64,000 nt of DNA from Somniosus microcephalus (lineage: Eukaryota): assembly GCA_052327205.1 (NCBI GenBank), contig CM126211.1, positions 119,350,001-119,414,000 of the forward strand, read 5' to 3'. This document shows positions 13,616 to 25,944 of the stretch, one piece after another; the first letter of the stretch is position 1, and the number at the start of each line of letters is the position of its first letter. Both the position numbers and the translations under genes were made by a program. The notes under the pieces were generated by a model. It was not told where the DNA came from and did no database searches. It saw only the letters and a program-made list of their open reading frames with translations.

Positions 13616-16587
13616 AATGGCAGGGGGTTGGGAACCTGAGCAGGGAGACAGAGGAAAGGGAAACAGGGATAAGAGCAAAAGGTAGGAAGGAGAAAAACAA
13701 AAGTGGCAGTCAGAAAAATCAACGGTTTAAATCAAACGTGGCCACAGTAAATAATAATTCTAATAGGTCTAAGAGCGTTAAAAAAACAAGCCTGAAGGCT
13801 TTGTGTCTTAATGCGAGGAGCATTTGTAATAAGGTGGATGAATTGGCTGCGCAAATAGAGGTAAACGAATATGATTTGGTTGGGATTACGGAAACGTGGC
13901 TCAAGGATGGCCAAGACTGGGAACTCAACATCCAGGGGTATTCGATATTCAGGAAAGATAGGCAAAAAGGAAAGGGAGGTGGGGTAGCATTACTGGTTAA
14001 AGAAGGGATTAATGCAATTGTAATGAAGGATATTAGCTCTGATGAGGTGGAATCTGTATGGGTAGAATTGAGAAATACTAAGGGGAAAAAAACATTAGTG
14101 GGAGTGGTATATAGACCTCCCAACAGTAAGGCGAAGGTTGGGGATGGCATGAAAAGGGAAATTAAAGAAGCGTGCAATAAGGACACAGCAGTCATCATGG
14201 GTGACTTTAATCTACATATAGATTGGGCCAACCAAATTAGTAACAATACTGTGGAGGAGGAATTCCTGGAGTGTTTACAGGATGGTTTCCTGGACCAATA
14301 TGTCGAGGAACCAACCAGAGATCAGGCCATCTTAGACTGGGTATTATGTAATGAGAAAGGATTAATTAGCAATCTTGTTGTACGAGGCCCCTTGGGTCGG
14401 AGCGAACATAATATGATCGAATTCTTCATTAAGATGGAGAATGAAGTAGTTGACTCAGAAACTGGGGTCCTCAATTTAAATAAAGGAAACGACGATGGCC
14501 TGAGGAGCGAATTGGGTAGGATTGATTGGGGAATGGCACTCAAAGGGTTGACGGTGGATAGGCAACGGCAAGCATTCAAAGACCGAATGGATGAGCTACA
14601 GAATTTGTTCATCCCAGTTTGGCATTAAAATAAAACAAAAAAGGTGACTCAACCGTGGCTAACAAGGGAAATTAGGGATAGCATAAGATCCAAGGAGACG
14701 ACATATAAATTGGCCAGAAAAAGCAATAATCCTGAGGATTGGGAGCAGTTTAGGATTCAACAAAGGAGGACAAAGGGATTAATTAAGAAAGGGAAAATAG
14801 AATATGAGAGTAAGCTTTCAGGGAACATAAAAACTGACTGTAAAAGCTTTTATAGATATGTGAAGAGAAAAAGATTGGTGAAGTCAAGCGTAGGTCCCTT
14901 GCAGTCAGAATCAGGGGAATTTATAATGGGAAACAAAGAAATGGCAGACCAACTAAATTCATACTTTGGTTCTGTCTTCACAAATAACCTCCCAGAGATG
15001 CCGGGGAACATAGGGTCTGATGAAAGTGTGGAACTGAAAGAAATCAGTATTTGTAGGGAAATGGTGTTAGGAAAATTGATGGGACTGAAGGCCGATAAAT
15101 CCCCAGGGCCTGATAATCTACATCCCAGGGTACTTAAGGAAGTGGCCCTAGAAATAGTAGATGCATTGCTGGTCATCTTCCAGAACTCAATAGACTCTGG
15201 AACAGTACCCATGGATTGGAAGGTAGCTAATGTTACCCCACTATTCAAAAAAGGTGGTAGAGAAAAAGCGGGGAATTATAGACCGGTAAGCCTGACATCG
15301 GTAGTGGGGAAAATGCTAGAGTCCATTATAAAAGATGTAATAGCAGAGCACTTGGAAAGCAGTGACAGGATCGGACAAAGTCAACATAGATTTACAAAAG
15401 GTAAATCATGCTTGACTAATCTACTGGAATTTTTTGAGGATGTAACTGGTAAAATAGATAAGGGAGAACCAGTGGATGTGGTGTATTTGGACTTTCAGAA
15501 GGCTTTCGATAAGGTCCCACATAAGAGGTTAGCGTGCAAAATTAAGGCACATGGGATTGGGGGCAAGGTATTGACTTGGATAGAGAACTGGTTGGCGGAC
15601 AGAAAGCAAAGAGTTGGAATAAACGGGTCGTTTTCTGAGTGGTAGGCAGTGACTAGTGGGGTACCGCAAGGATCGGTCCTAGGACCCCAGCTGTTCACAA
15701 TATATATTAATGATCTGGACGAGGGAATTGGATGTAATATCTCCAAATTTGCAGACGACACAAAGCTGGGTGGGAGGGTAAGCTGTGAGGAGGATGTCGT
15801 GAAACTCCAGTACGATTTGGACAGGTTGGGTGATTGGGCAGAAACATGGCAAATGCACTATAATGTGGATAAATGTGAGGTTATCCACTTTGGTGGCAAA
15901 AACAGGAAGGCAGATTATTATTTGAATGGCAATAGATTGGGAGAAGGGGAAGTGCAAAGAGACCTGGGTGTTCTTGTGCACCAGTCGCTGAAGGTAAGCA
16001 TGCAGGTGCAGCAGGCAGTTAAGAAGGCAAATGGTATGTTGGCCTTCTTAGCAAGAGGGTTCGAGTACAGGAACAAGGATGTCTTGCTACAGTTGTACAG
16101 GGCCTTGGTGAGACCGCATCTTGAGTATTGTGTGCAGTTTTGGTCGCCTTACCTGAGAAAGGACGTTCTTGCCATGGAAGGAGTGCAGCGAAGATTCACC
16201 AGGCTGATACCTGGGATGGCAGGAATGATGTATGAGGAGAGATTGTGTCGATTGGGCTTATACTCACTGGAGTTTAGAAGATTTAGAGGGGATCTCATCG
16301 AAACCTATAAATTTCTGTCAGGCCTGGACAGACTAGATGCAGGAAGGATGTTTATGATGGCCGGGGAGTCCAGAACCAGGGGTCATAGTCTAAGGATAAG
16401 GGGTAAGCCATTTAGGACTGAAATGAGGAGGAATTTCTTCACCCAGAGAGTGGTGAACCTGTGGCATTCTCTGCCACAGAGGGCGGTGGAGGCCAGTTCA
16501 TTAAATATATTCAAGAAGGAGTTGGATATATTTCTTAAGGCTAAAGGGATCAAGGGATATGGGGAGAAGGCAGGGACAGGGTACTGA
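13612..16587 (+). pseudogene. CR1 ORF2 (endonuclease and reverse transcriptase) with two in-frame stops
   Basis: Single frame from 13612 with LNARS, ITETW, GDFN, SEHN, QGSVLGP and FADD motifs. TAA at 14626 and TAG at 15643. Confidence 0.92.
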
Positions 16588-17551
16588 ATTTGGATGATCA
16601 GCCATGATCTCATTGAATGGCGGAGCAGGCTCAAAGGGCCGAATGGCCTACTCCTGCTCCTATCTTCTATGTTTCTATGTTTCTATGTCTACACTGTCAA
16701 TCCCCTTCAGAATCTTGTATGTTTCAATGAGGTCATTCTTCTAAACTCCAGAGAGTATAGGCCCATTCTACACAATCTCTCATCATAGGACAACCCTCTC
16801 ATCCCAGGAATCAATCTAGTGAACCTGCGTTGCACCGCCTCCAAGACAAGTGTATCCTTCCTTAGATAAGGAGACCAAAACTGTGCACAGTACTCCAGGT
16901 GTGGTCTCACCAAGGCCCTGTACACAATTGTAGCAAGACTTCCTTACTCTTATACTCCAACCCCCTTGCAATAAAGGCCAAATGCAAGAAGAGGAAACAT
17001 CAAAAGTGACAGGTATGGTTTTAAGTGCCTTAGGGGCTACGATGAATTTTGAATCTTCAGGTTTGCATATTATTCATGATGTTGATGTAGCGTAGAGAAG
17101 AAAGAGCAAGGACAAAGATCTATCACTACCATAATATGAGATGGGGTTGTTAGATCCCACACGACATGCCACAAATCCTATCTGTAGTTTCAGAGCTGCT
17201 CACTGGACAGAACTCCATGACAAATACATTCATACCATTGTGAACTCGCAGTGCAGCTAAATTGGGATCTTATCTTGCTGATGCAGCAGCTTCCCAATGT
17301 GCAATCAATGGATTTAGGCTGCTATTGATTAGGTGATCAAGCTATACTTGACCATGGCATCCTTTAATAGTTATAGCCCTTCTAACAACTTGAACTGTGA
17401 TGGAGCAGTAAGGGAAGAAAATTAGAAAAAGGAATTGATTTGCCAAAGTGTAGCGGTAGTTCGGAAGAAAGAAATTATTAAATTGAAGAGTCAGAGAGAC
17501 ACACAGATTGTTAAAAAAAAAGTCTGGTAACTACTACAGGATATCTTAGAG

Positions 17552-18004
17552 AAAGAAAGACTTGCATTTATATAGCGCCTTTCACGACCACCGGATGTCT
17601 CAAAGCACTTTATAGTCAATGAAGTGTAGTCACTGTTGTAATGTGGGAAACACGGCAGCATTATGCACACAGCAAGTTCCCACAAACAGCAATGTGATAA
17701 TGACCAGATCATCTGTTTTTGTTATGTTGGTTGAGGGATAAGTATTGGCCAGAACATCGGGGATAACTCCCCTGCTCTTCTTCGAAATAGTACCATGGGA
17801 TCTTTTACGTCCACCTGAGAGAGCAGACGGGGCCTCGGTTTAACGTCTCATCCGAAAGGCAGCACCTCCGACAGTGCAGCACTCCCTCAGCACTGTGCTG
17901 GAGTGTCAAGCCTAGCTTTATGTGCTCAAGTCCCTGGAGTGGGACTCTGAACCCACAACCTGACTCAGAAGTGAGTGTGCTACCAACTGAGCCACAGCTG
18001 ACAC
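17552..18004 (-). mobile_element. tRNA-derived SINE (DeuSINE/SacSINE-like), near full length
   Basis: Minus-strand head has an A box (TGGCTCAGTTGG) and a B-box-like GGTTCAGAGTCC; tail TATATAAATGCAAGTCTTTCTTT. Several copies in the window; the family name is recalled, not searched. Confidence 0.8.
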
Positions 18005-18084
18005 ATAGAGGGGTGTACACGAAAGGTGGCTGTAATACTATCACAGGCAATACAAGAAGACCTATATCTACTTATATGGAAGAT

Positions 18085-18325
18085 AATGGTTGATGAATAA
18101 ATGTTGGTCAAGGCACTGGGAGAACTCGTTGCTCTTCTTCAAATAAGAATCTTTTACGTTCGCCTGAGAGAACAGACCGGGCCTCGGTTTAACATCTCAT
18201 ACGAAAGACACTCCAACAGTGCAGCACTCCTTCAGTACTTCGCTAAACTGTCAGCATAGATTATGTGCTCAAGTCCTGAAGCGGCACTTAAATATGTGAC
18301 ATTCTGAATCGGGAGTGCTATCACC
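18085..18325 (-). mobile_element. Degraded SINE fragment, same family
   Basis: CCTGAGAGAACAGACCGGGCCTCGGTTTAACATCTCAT matches the neighbouring copy. Confidence 0.7.
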
Positions 18326-19039
18326 TTCTCCTCAGTACTTCTGGTCAGACCTCTGCATATGTAACAAATGCAGAATTATAAAGAAAGTAAGGCTAACTAT
18401 CTTGTGGCATTATTTTTACTCTTAAAATGAAGCACCCCTTAAATGACTCTAAGTCCATCCAGCTGTTTGGGGGTATAGGCAGCATTCCTAATCTGGAGCC
18501 TCTGATGGGGCCCCGTTGTGGAGGTTGGTAGTCCTCATCTTAGTGGGCATATTCCAAATTTATGTTGGGTCCCACTGAGGTTTGGAAGAGTGGGAATTCC
18601 CAATGTAGAGTCCCTACCCTGCACCCTCTGATGCTGGAGACCACATTTGGGGCAGTTGAAGGTTCTGTCCCAGCAAAGGCCTCCCAGAAACTCCCAGGTT
18701 TAGAGTTACAGTAGGAGTGCACCAGAAGGCCTATGCAAATTTGGGACCAGCTGTCAACTATTAGTAATGAAATGATTTTATTTATGTTAGAATTTAATAT
18801 ACTCTTTTTGAGAAGATATGCATCTGACATATTTCTGCTGACAGGTTGTGGCCACTGGTTGGATGGTTTATGCTTACAATGTGAAACAGCCTATCCACAT
18901 CATACATCTAAATTTACACAGCAAATAGAACATATACCAATTTTGGTTAATTAGTTACGCTTAGTATCTTCAATTAAATATGGTTTTGGTGGCAATTATA
19001 CCTATTTACAAAATGTTACCATCTGACAAAAACATCAGC

Positions 19040-22000
19040 CTATACAATACCTTCATAGTCTTCAATTGTTGTAAACAGAGAATCCTCATGTGACAAAACT
19101 TGTTGACATCCAGGATTATGGGGTGTGGAGCTTCGTGAAGACCTTTCATCATGTCTACGACTGTGAGAAGTTTCTCTTGTTGACCTTGGGCTTTCTGGTC
19201 TGTCACAATGTGAGGAGTAAGAGTAAGATTTCTCTTTTTGGTCTGTGTCTGAACCGCAGGTCAATATAACTGCGTTTTGCAGTTCTTCAGTTGGGCTAAC
19301 AAAAAGAATGCTTTGGCTACATAACTCAGATTTTCTCCCTTCTTCTTTATTTTTAAATGTTCTTGGTTTCTGAAAATCTTGCTTGGAAAATTTAGCCTTT
19401 GACTTTACCAAAGTCTCACCTGGTTTTGTTTGATTTGAATACCGACTTTGAAAAGTTTTCCTGCACTTTTTCTTCACAACATGAGTTCTGGAAGTATGAT
19501 ATGATGTATTGAGGTTTTCATAATAAGCACCATGGAGTTCCTCATCAGAAACGCTCAAGTGATTTCCATCATCAGGATCTTCAGATGTAATAATTATTCT
19601 TTCTTGCAAGGTACCACAAAGTCCTGTAGGTGATGGCTGTGCACAAATTATTTCTGATAGATCAACTTGCACTTTTTCTTCTTCATTCTGATTTTTAACA
19701 ATAGCACCACCTGCAATTATTTTAACATTTCCATGTTCTTCATCTTGCTGAATATGATTGTTTGTTTCCTCAGTCAATTGTTCTGAACAGGATATATTAT
19801 TCCCAATGTATCTTGCATTTTTTGATAAGATTTCTTCACAATCTACGTAAGGAACAGGACGTGGCAATAAAGCAGAACCCATATTTTGTTTCAGATAAAT
19901 GTTGAACTCCTCTTGCACAGTCATGGGGGATGAAGGCAGGTTTGCTCCTATTATTGCTGGACCTAAAGACACTCCCACAACAGTCGCTGGTTTATATGTC
20001 AAATCAGCCAATTTCTGATCTGATGTCCAAGTTGAAGAACCCACGGTTTTCATAGATTTTGGCCTATAACTGGGTGATGCTATGGAACAATCTACCTCAA
20101 GACAATCATCACTCCATTTGCTCTTTAAGTTTTGTTTTTTGAATCTTCTATAAGGGGTATTCAGCTTCAGCAAACTTTTACTTGTGGCTGAGTAGGAGCA
20201 TTTATCCACTGATTGCAGTTCCAAAGATTGCTTTGCCACATCTACATCAACTTTATCTTTAGACTCCAGTTTTGGATCGACAGAGAGTTCTTCCATACTA
20301 TTTACACTGCTGCTTTCCTTACCATCTTTACAGTTTGTTAAAGAAATTGTGCTTGCCCATAACTTCTGTTCAGCAGGTAAAACTATCAATTTTGCTCGGT
20401 TCAGATCTATTCAATCCTGTTGTACTTCCTTCTCCAGTTTCTAACAGTTGCATGAAATCCTTTACTGGGTATAAAACTATTCAAAGAGCCCTGAATAATA
20501 TTGGGAAGACCCTGTCTGTGATTTATGATCCAGTTGTTTGTAGTTATTTCCAATGCTTCCTTATATTCCTCACTTAGGAATATTAGCTCATTTACAGAAA
20601 CAGCAATACCAACATCGGGACACTAGCTAAAATGGTATAGAATCCGTTTTGGAGGAGATGGAATGAATGTGTCCATTGATCTTTGGATATGCAATGGTAT
20701 GCCCCACTGGTGCTGAAATCTTTTCGTTGTAATGTGCCATTCTAGAATGTCAATGGTTTCATTAGACTCGAAGGCTAATTCCATACCTATAGGTTCTATT
20801 TTAGCTCCACTTGCTTTGATTGCTGGAGGCAAAGGTGGTGCTTTAGGAATCATCATTTCAATTGACTTTTCATATGGCGTTTCAAGTCCCCAGAGATATA
20901 AAAGTTGTCTGTGTTTCAAGTTCATCTCTATCCGATCAATATCATCTTGTTCAGTAAAAAGAATATACCGTATTCTTGTTTTTTAAAATCCCCTGCCAGG
21001 TGCAATAAACTTTTGTAAAGGTATCTTTGATACTGGAGGATAGGTATTTTTGTAGAATTCCTTTACCAGTTTAGGCAAACAATCCATTTTAATTTCCAGA
21101 CACTGCTTTGTCAAGCTCATGTCCAGGTTATTTTTACACTCTGATCTGAGGTTAACACTGGCAGACATTTCTTTTACTTTATGTATGTTTATCTCATCTC
21201 TTTCACATTGGGAAAATAATTTTCCTCCTTTGAGTCGCAAGTTTGTACCCTGAGAGAATATTTTATAACTCTTACCTAGATTGTTATTGTTGGACATTGT
21301 ATTGTTTTCTTTAATATTTTTTGATGGTTGTATGAAGCCTTTGTCATCTGTAGTAGGAACCATAAATTGCATTAATGATGAGTGAATAACTTTGGGAAGA
21401 CCCCATTTGCGATTTATAATCCTTTTCTTTATATTTTGATTGGGGGCTTGCCTAAGTTCGTCACTAAGAAATGCCAGTTCAGAAGGAACAACAACTATTG
21501 CAAAATCAGGCTTGGAATTATACTGGGATAGAATCAGTTTTGGAGCAGGTGAAATGAATACTTCTAGTGACCTTTGAATATGTAACGGTAAGCCCCAATT
21601 GCACTGGAGTTTTTTCTGTGTTATGTGCCATTCTAGCCTGTCTCTTGTTTTAATTTTAATGAAAGTTGTTTCCATACCCATAGGCTCTATTTGAGCTCCA
21701 CCAGCTTTGATTACTGGAGGCAACAGTGGTCCTATAGGAATCATTATTGCTACGGATTCTTCATATAGAGTTGGAAATCCCCAGAGATAGGTAATCTGTT
21801 TATGCTTTAAATTCAACTCCAAGTGATCAACAGCATCCTGTTCAATAAATGGTAAATAACATGGTCTTGGTTTTTTAAATCCTTTACCAAGTACAATAAG
21901 CTTTGGCAAAGGTTTCTTTGATTTTGAAGGATAGGTGCTTTTGTAGAACTCCTTTACCATTTCAGGTAAGCACTCTGTCTTAATTTCTAGACACAGCTTT

Positions 22001-23651
22001 GTTAAACAGATCTCTAGTTTGTATTTCCATTCTGGTTTGAAGCTAGCAAGAAACAAATCCTCATCTATTTTCTTTGTTTTCTTGCTCCTGCCACCCTTTC
22101 CATATTGTAATGTGAATAATTTCCCCCTTTTGATTGACCGAAATGTGTGTTGAGGAACCATTTTATTTTCTTTATTGCCCACATTAATGTTGCTGGATAC
22201 ATCTGCAGCAGTAGTCATAAACTTATTCAAAGATGATTGGATAAGCTTGGGAAGACCCCACTTGCAATTTCTGATCTTTTTCTTTGTATTCATCTCCAAT
22301 ATTTTCTTATGCTCCTCACGAAGAAATGCCAGCTCAGTTGGAACAATGACTACTGAAAAAGCAGGCTGTGGTTTTAGCTGGGAGGGAACCAGTTTTGGAG
22401 CAGATGGAATGAATGTATCAATTGATTTCTGAATATGTAATGGTAAGCCCCAGTTGTTCTCGAGTTTTTTCTGTATACAGGTAGACTATCCTTTATCCGA
22501 AAACCTCGGGACCAGCCGAGTTTCGGATAAAGGAGAATTTCGGATTTCGGAAGGTGGGTCGGCAGGGGTCCGCGGGGGGGGTCGGTGGGGGGTCGTGCGC
22601 ACAACTTACGCTGACGCTCAGCGTAAGTCAGTCGGGGTCGGCGGGGGTCGGGGCCGGCGGGGTCCGCGGGGGGGTCGGCGGTTGTCGGGGCTGGCGGGGT
22701 CGGCAGTTGTCGGGGCCGGCGGGGTCCGCGGGGGGGTCGGCGGTTGTCAGGTCCGCGGGGGGGTTGGCGGTTGTCGGGGCTGGCGGGGTCGGCGGGGGGG
22801 TCGGCGGTTGTCGGGGCTGGCGGGGTCGGCGGTTGTCGGGGCCGGCGGTGTCCGCGGGGGGGGGGTCGGCGGTTGTCGGGGCTGGCGGTTGTCGGGGCCG
22901 GCGGGGGGGTCGGCGGTTGTCGGGGCCGGGGGGGTCCGCGGTTGTCGGGGCTGGCGGGGTCGGCGGTTGTCGGGGCCGGCGGGGTCCGCGGGGGGGTCGG
23001 CGGTTGTCGGGGCTGGCGGGGTCGGCGGTTGTCGGGGCCGGCGGGGGGTCGTGCGCACGACTTACCCTTTATCCGAACTTCCGAAACCGGAACCCTCTAA
23101 AAACCGAAGGTTTTTTCGTTCGTACGCATGACTTACGCTGAACGAAAAAACCTTCGGTTTTTAGAGGGTTTCGGTTTTCGGAAGTCCGGATAAAGGGTAG
23201 TCTACCTGTAATGTGCCATTCCAATTTGTCTCTAGCCTCATCTTCAATGAAAGCTGTTTCCATACCTATAGGTTCTATTTGAACTCCAATCACCTTGATT
23301 GCTGGAGGCACAGGTGGCGCTTTGGGAATCATCATTTCCACTGACTTTTCATACGACGTTTCAAGTCCCCAGAGATATAAAAGTTGTCTGTGTTTCAAGT
23401 TCATCTCTATCCGATCAATATCATCTTGTTCAGTAAAAGGAATATACCGTATTCTTGGTTTTTTAAATCCCCTGCCAGGTGCAATAAACTTTTGTAAAGG
23501 TATCTTTGATACTGGAGGATAGGTATTTTTGTAGAATTCCTTTACCAGTTTAGGCAAACAATCCATTTTAATTTCCAGAAACTGCTTTGTCAAGCTCATG
23601 CCATTCAGAGCTCCTTTGGATTCTTCAAGCTCTGTTGCATTACGTTGTTTT
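19040..23651 (-). pseudogene. Large terminal exon of a host gene with triplicated SPATA31/FAM205-like domain; disrupted
   Basis: Acceptor at 23652-23653. Frame is restored on removing the MITE at 22478-23208 (LEWHIIQKKLENNWGLP). Repeated LExxIxxKxxxxxWGLPxxIxxS motifs; nonsense codons at 20983 and 20623, a later frame change, and a 449-aa low-complexity C-terminal ORF. Confidence 0.65.
22478..23208. mobile_element. Tc1/mariner (pogo/Tigger-like) MITE with GC-rich minisatellite core
   Basis: TIR CAGGTAGACTA(T/C)CCTTTATCCG at both ends, TA TSD (22476-77 and 23209-10), internal GGGGTCGGCGGTTGTC repeats. Confidence 0.9.
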
Positions 23652-24799
23652 CTGTTTATTTGGAACACATAATAGTCAATACACAAATTAATTCTACTCA
23701 CTTTATCAATATATTTTAAGAACAAAACAATGTCATACAGGCAATTCTTTGTCATAAATATACATTTTAAAAGTACAATTATACCATTTAGCAGTTTGTC
23801 AATCAAGATTTGCTGTCTATGAGTTACATTTTCAGATCTGTATTTGGTAATTGAAAAGACAAAAAAAATACAGGGGATGATTTTCATATTTGGCAGACTA
23901 TCGGTGGGTGAAGCGATCAGGACGCCTGCTTGATGTCACCAGAGAGGAGTGAACCATTTTGATGGTTGGGCTTCATTTGAATTGGCAAGCTGCCCGCGCG
24001 TTTCCAGTGTTGATGGGCAGCTCGCCGTTTGGGAGGGCAGGATAGCTGGTGGCTCTAACATCTCTTTAAAATGTGCTTGCACCTCTTAAAGTAGCTGTAT
24101 CTTTTCATTGGTGCTGATTCAGAGATGAGATTTTATAATTTTTTTCATAAGGTTGACGACCAGGGCACCCAGTTTCTTTGATACTGCAGTGGAGATGTTA
24201 GTGGAGCAGGTCAGGGCCAGAAAAAAGGACCTTGATCCTTTGGATGGTAGGCAGGTGCCGAGACAACTCAGCCAACAGGCCTGCAAAGAAGAGGCTGAAC
24301 ATGTGAATGCCTACATCATAATTCCAAGGACCTGACTGCACAGGCTAAGGGAGAGAACCCTCCTGAAGAGATATTGTTACTCCAAGTACCAGCATAGAAA
24401 CTGACATTCCACATGGTATAGATAGTGAGTTAGAGGATTCTGCACTGGATAATTTACTGAACACAAGTGAGCATAGTACATAGGACAAATTACCTCACTA
24501 GAGAGCAAATGCATAACCCAGCTCTGCTGAAGAGGACACAGATGCAGATTTTAAGAATCCAACTTTAAAAGAAAAATGTTTTGTGTGCACCAGCAATTGT
24601 TGAATGCACTGGACTGCTTTCCAGGGAGCTTCCACAACATGTCAGAGAATGTGGAGGAGTTTGCCAACATCCATGGGGTCCAGGCATATGGTATCAACAT
24701 TCTGTAATCAGACATGGAGCATGTGCTCACCTCAATGGACACTGCAGCTGGAGTCTCTGGCACCAGTAGTGGCATCTTCAGATGGATACTTACTAAAAA

Positions 24800-25250
24800 A
24801 TTGACATGCATTTATATAGCTCCTTTCATGACCTCAGGTCATACCAAAGCATTTTACAGCCAATGAAGTACTTTGCAGTGTAGTCACTGTTGTAATGAAG
24901 GAAACACGGCAGCCAATTTGCACACAGCAAGCTCCCACAAACAGCAATATGATAATGACCAGACAATCTGTTTCACTGATGTTGATTGAGGGATAAATAT
25001 TGGCCAGGACCGAGGGGAGAATTCCCCAGCTCTTCTTCGAAATAGTGCCATGGGATCTTTTATGTCCACCTGAGAGAGCAGACTGGCCTCTGTTTAACAT
25101 CTCATCTGAAAGACGGCACTTCCGACAGTGCATTCACTGCGCTGTAGTTTCAGCCTCAGTTTTTGTGCTCAAGTCTCTAGAGTGGGACTTGAATCCACAA
25201 CTTTCTGACGCAGAGACAAGAGTGCTACCAACTGAGCCATGGCTGACACT
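24800..25250 (-). mobile_element. tRNA-derived SINE
   Basis: Colinear with 17552-18004, including head and tail. Confidence 0.85.
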
Positions 25251-25394
25251 ATACTGGTGCCATACAGGTTCCAGCTAAACCATCACCTTCTCATTGGCCA
25301 GGCCAGGGGACCTCCTAGATAGGAACCAGTTGCATCACAGATCTCCTATAGTTTGCTCTCCCACATATCAGTCGGAACGCTCAAGTCTCTGCAC

Positions 25395-25791
25395 TGTTCC
25401 AGGGACTTGCACAAAAATTCTAGGCTGACACTCCAGTGCAGTACTGAGGGAGCGCTGCACTGTCGGAGGTGCTGTCTTTCGAATGAGACGTTAAAAAGAG
25501 GCCCCGTCTGCTCTCTCTGGTGGATGTAAAAGATCTCATGGCACTATATCGAAGAAGAGCAGAGTAGTTATTCCAGCCAATATTTATCCCTCAATCAACA
25601 TCACGAAAAACAAATTATCTGTTCATTATCACATTGCTGTTTGTGGGAGCTTGTTGTGCCTAAATTGGCTACCGCATTTCCTGCATTACAAAAGTGACTG
25701 CACTTCAAAAGTACTTCATTGGCTGTAAAGCGCTTTGGGAGGTCCTGAGGTCATGAAAGGTGCTATATAAATGCAAGTCTTTCTTTCTTTC
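25395..25791 (+). mobile_element. tRNA-derived SINE, head truncated
   Basis: Reverse complement of the neighbouring SINE; ends TATATAAATGCAAGTCTTTCTTTC. Confidence 0.85.
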
Positions 25792-25944
25792 TGTTCAATG
25801 AACTGTTGACAAAGAACTCTGGCTGCAGGCTAGTGTTGGTGCCTTCTTGCTTCTGCACCATCCTCAATGTCATCAGGATTTTCATCAGGTGGCAGGTGGT
25901 GTAGGCTCCATTTGTATCGGCTGCACAGCAAAGATGTGGATAAT

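Larger units (their letters stand above)
12540..16688 (+). mobile_element. Near full-length CR1 LINE
   Basis: ORF1 plus ORF2 (APE endonuclease and RT), 3' UTR stem-loop, (TTCTATGT)n tail. Confidence 0.95.
12252..16980 (-). mobile_element. Minus-strand CR1 3' fragment split by a younger plus-strand CR1 (pieces 12252-12535 and 16690-16980)
   Basis: Reverse-complement CR1 3' UTR at 12252-12480; RPHLEYCAQFWSP at 16707-16925. Possible TSD AATGCAGGA / AATGCAAGA. Confidence 0.8.

Noticed and set aside
22454-23141. Gly/Arg-rich ORFs in the MITE
   Set aside because: Translation of a GC minisatellite, open in several frames.
22470-23215. Exonic MITE acting as an introner (CAG|GTAGAC donor, TACAG acceptor on minus strand)
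   Set aside because: The nearest donor/acceptor pairs give -2 or +13 nt frameshifts, or +18 nt with an in-frame TAG.
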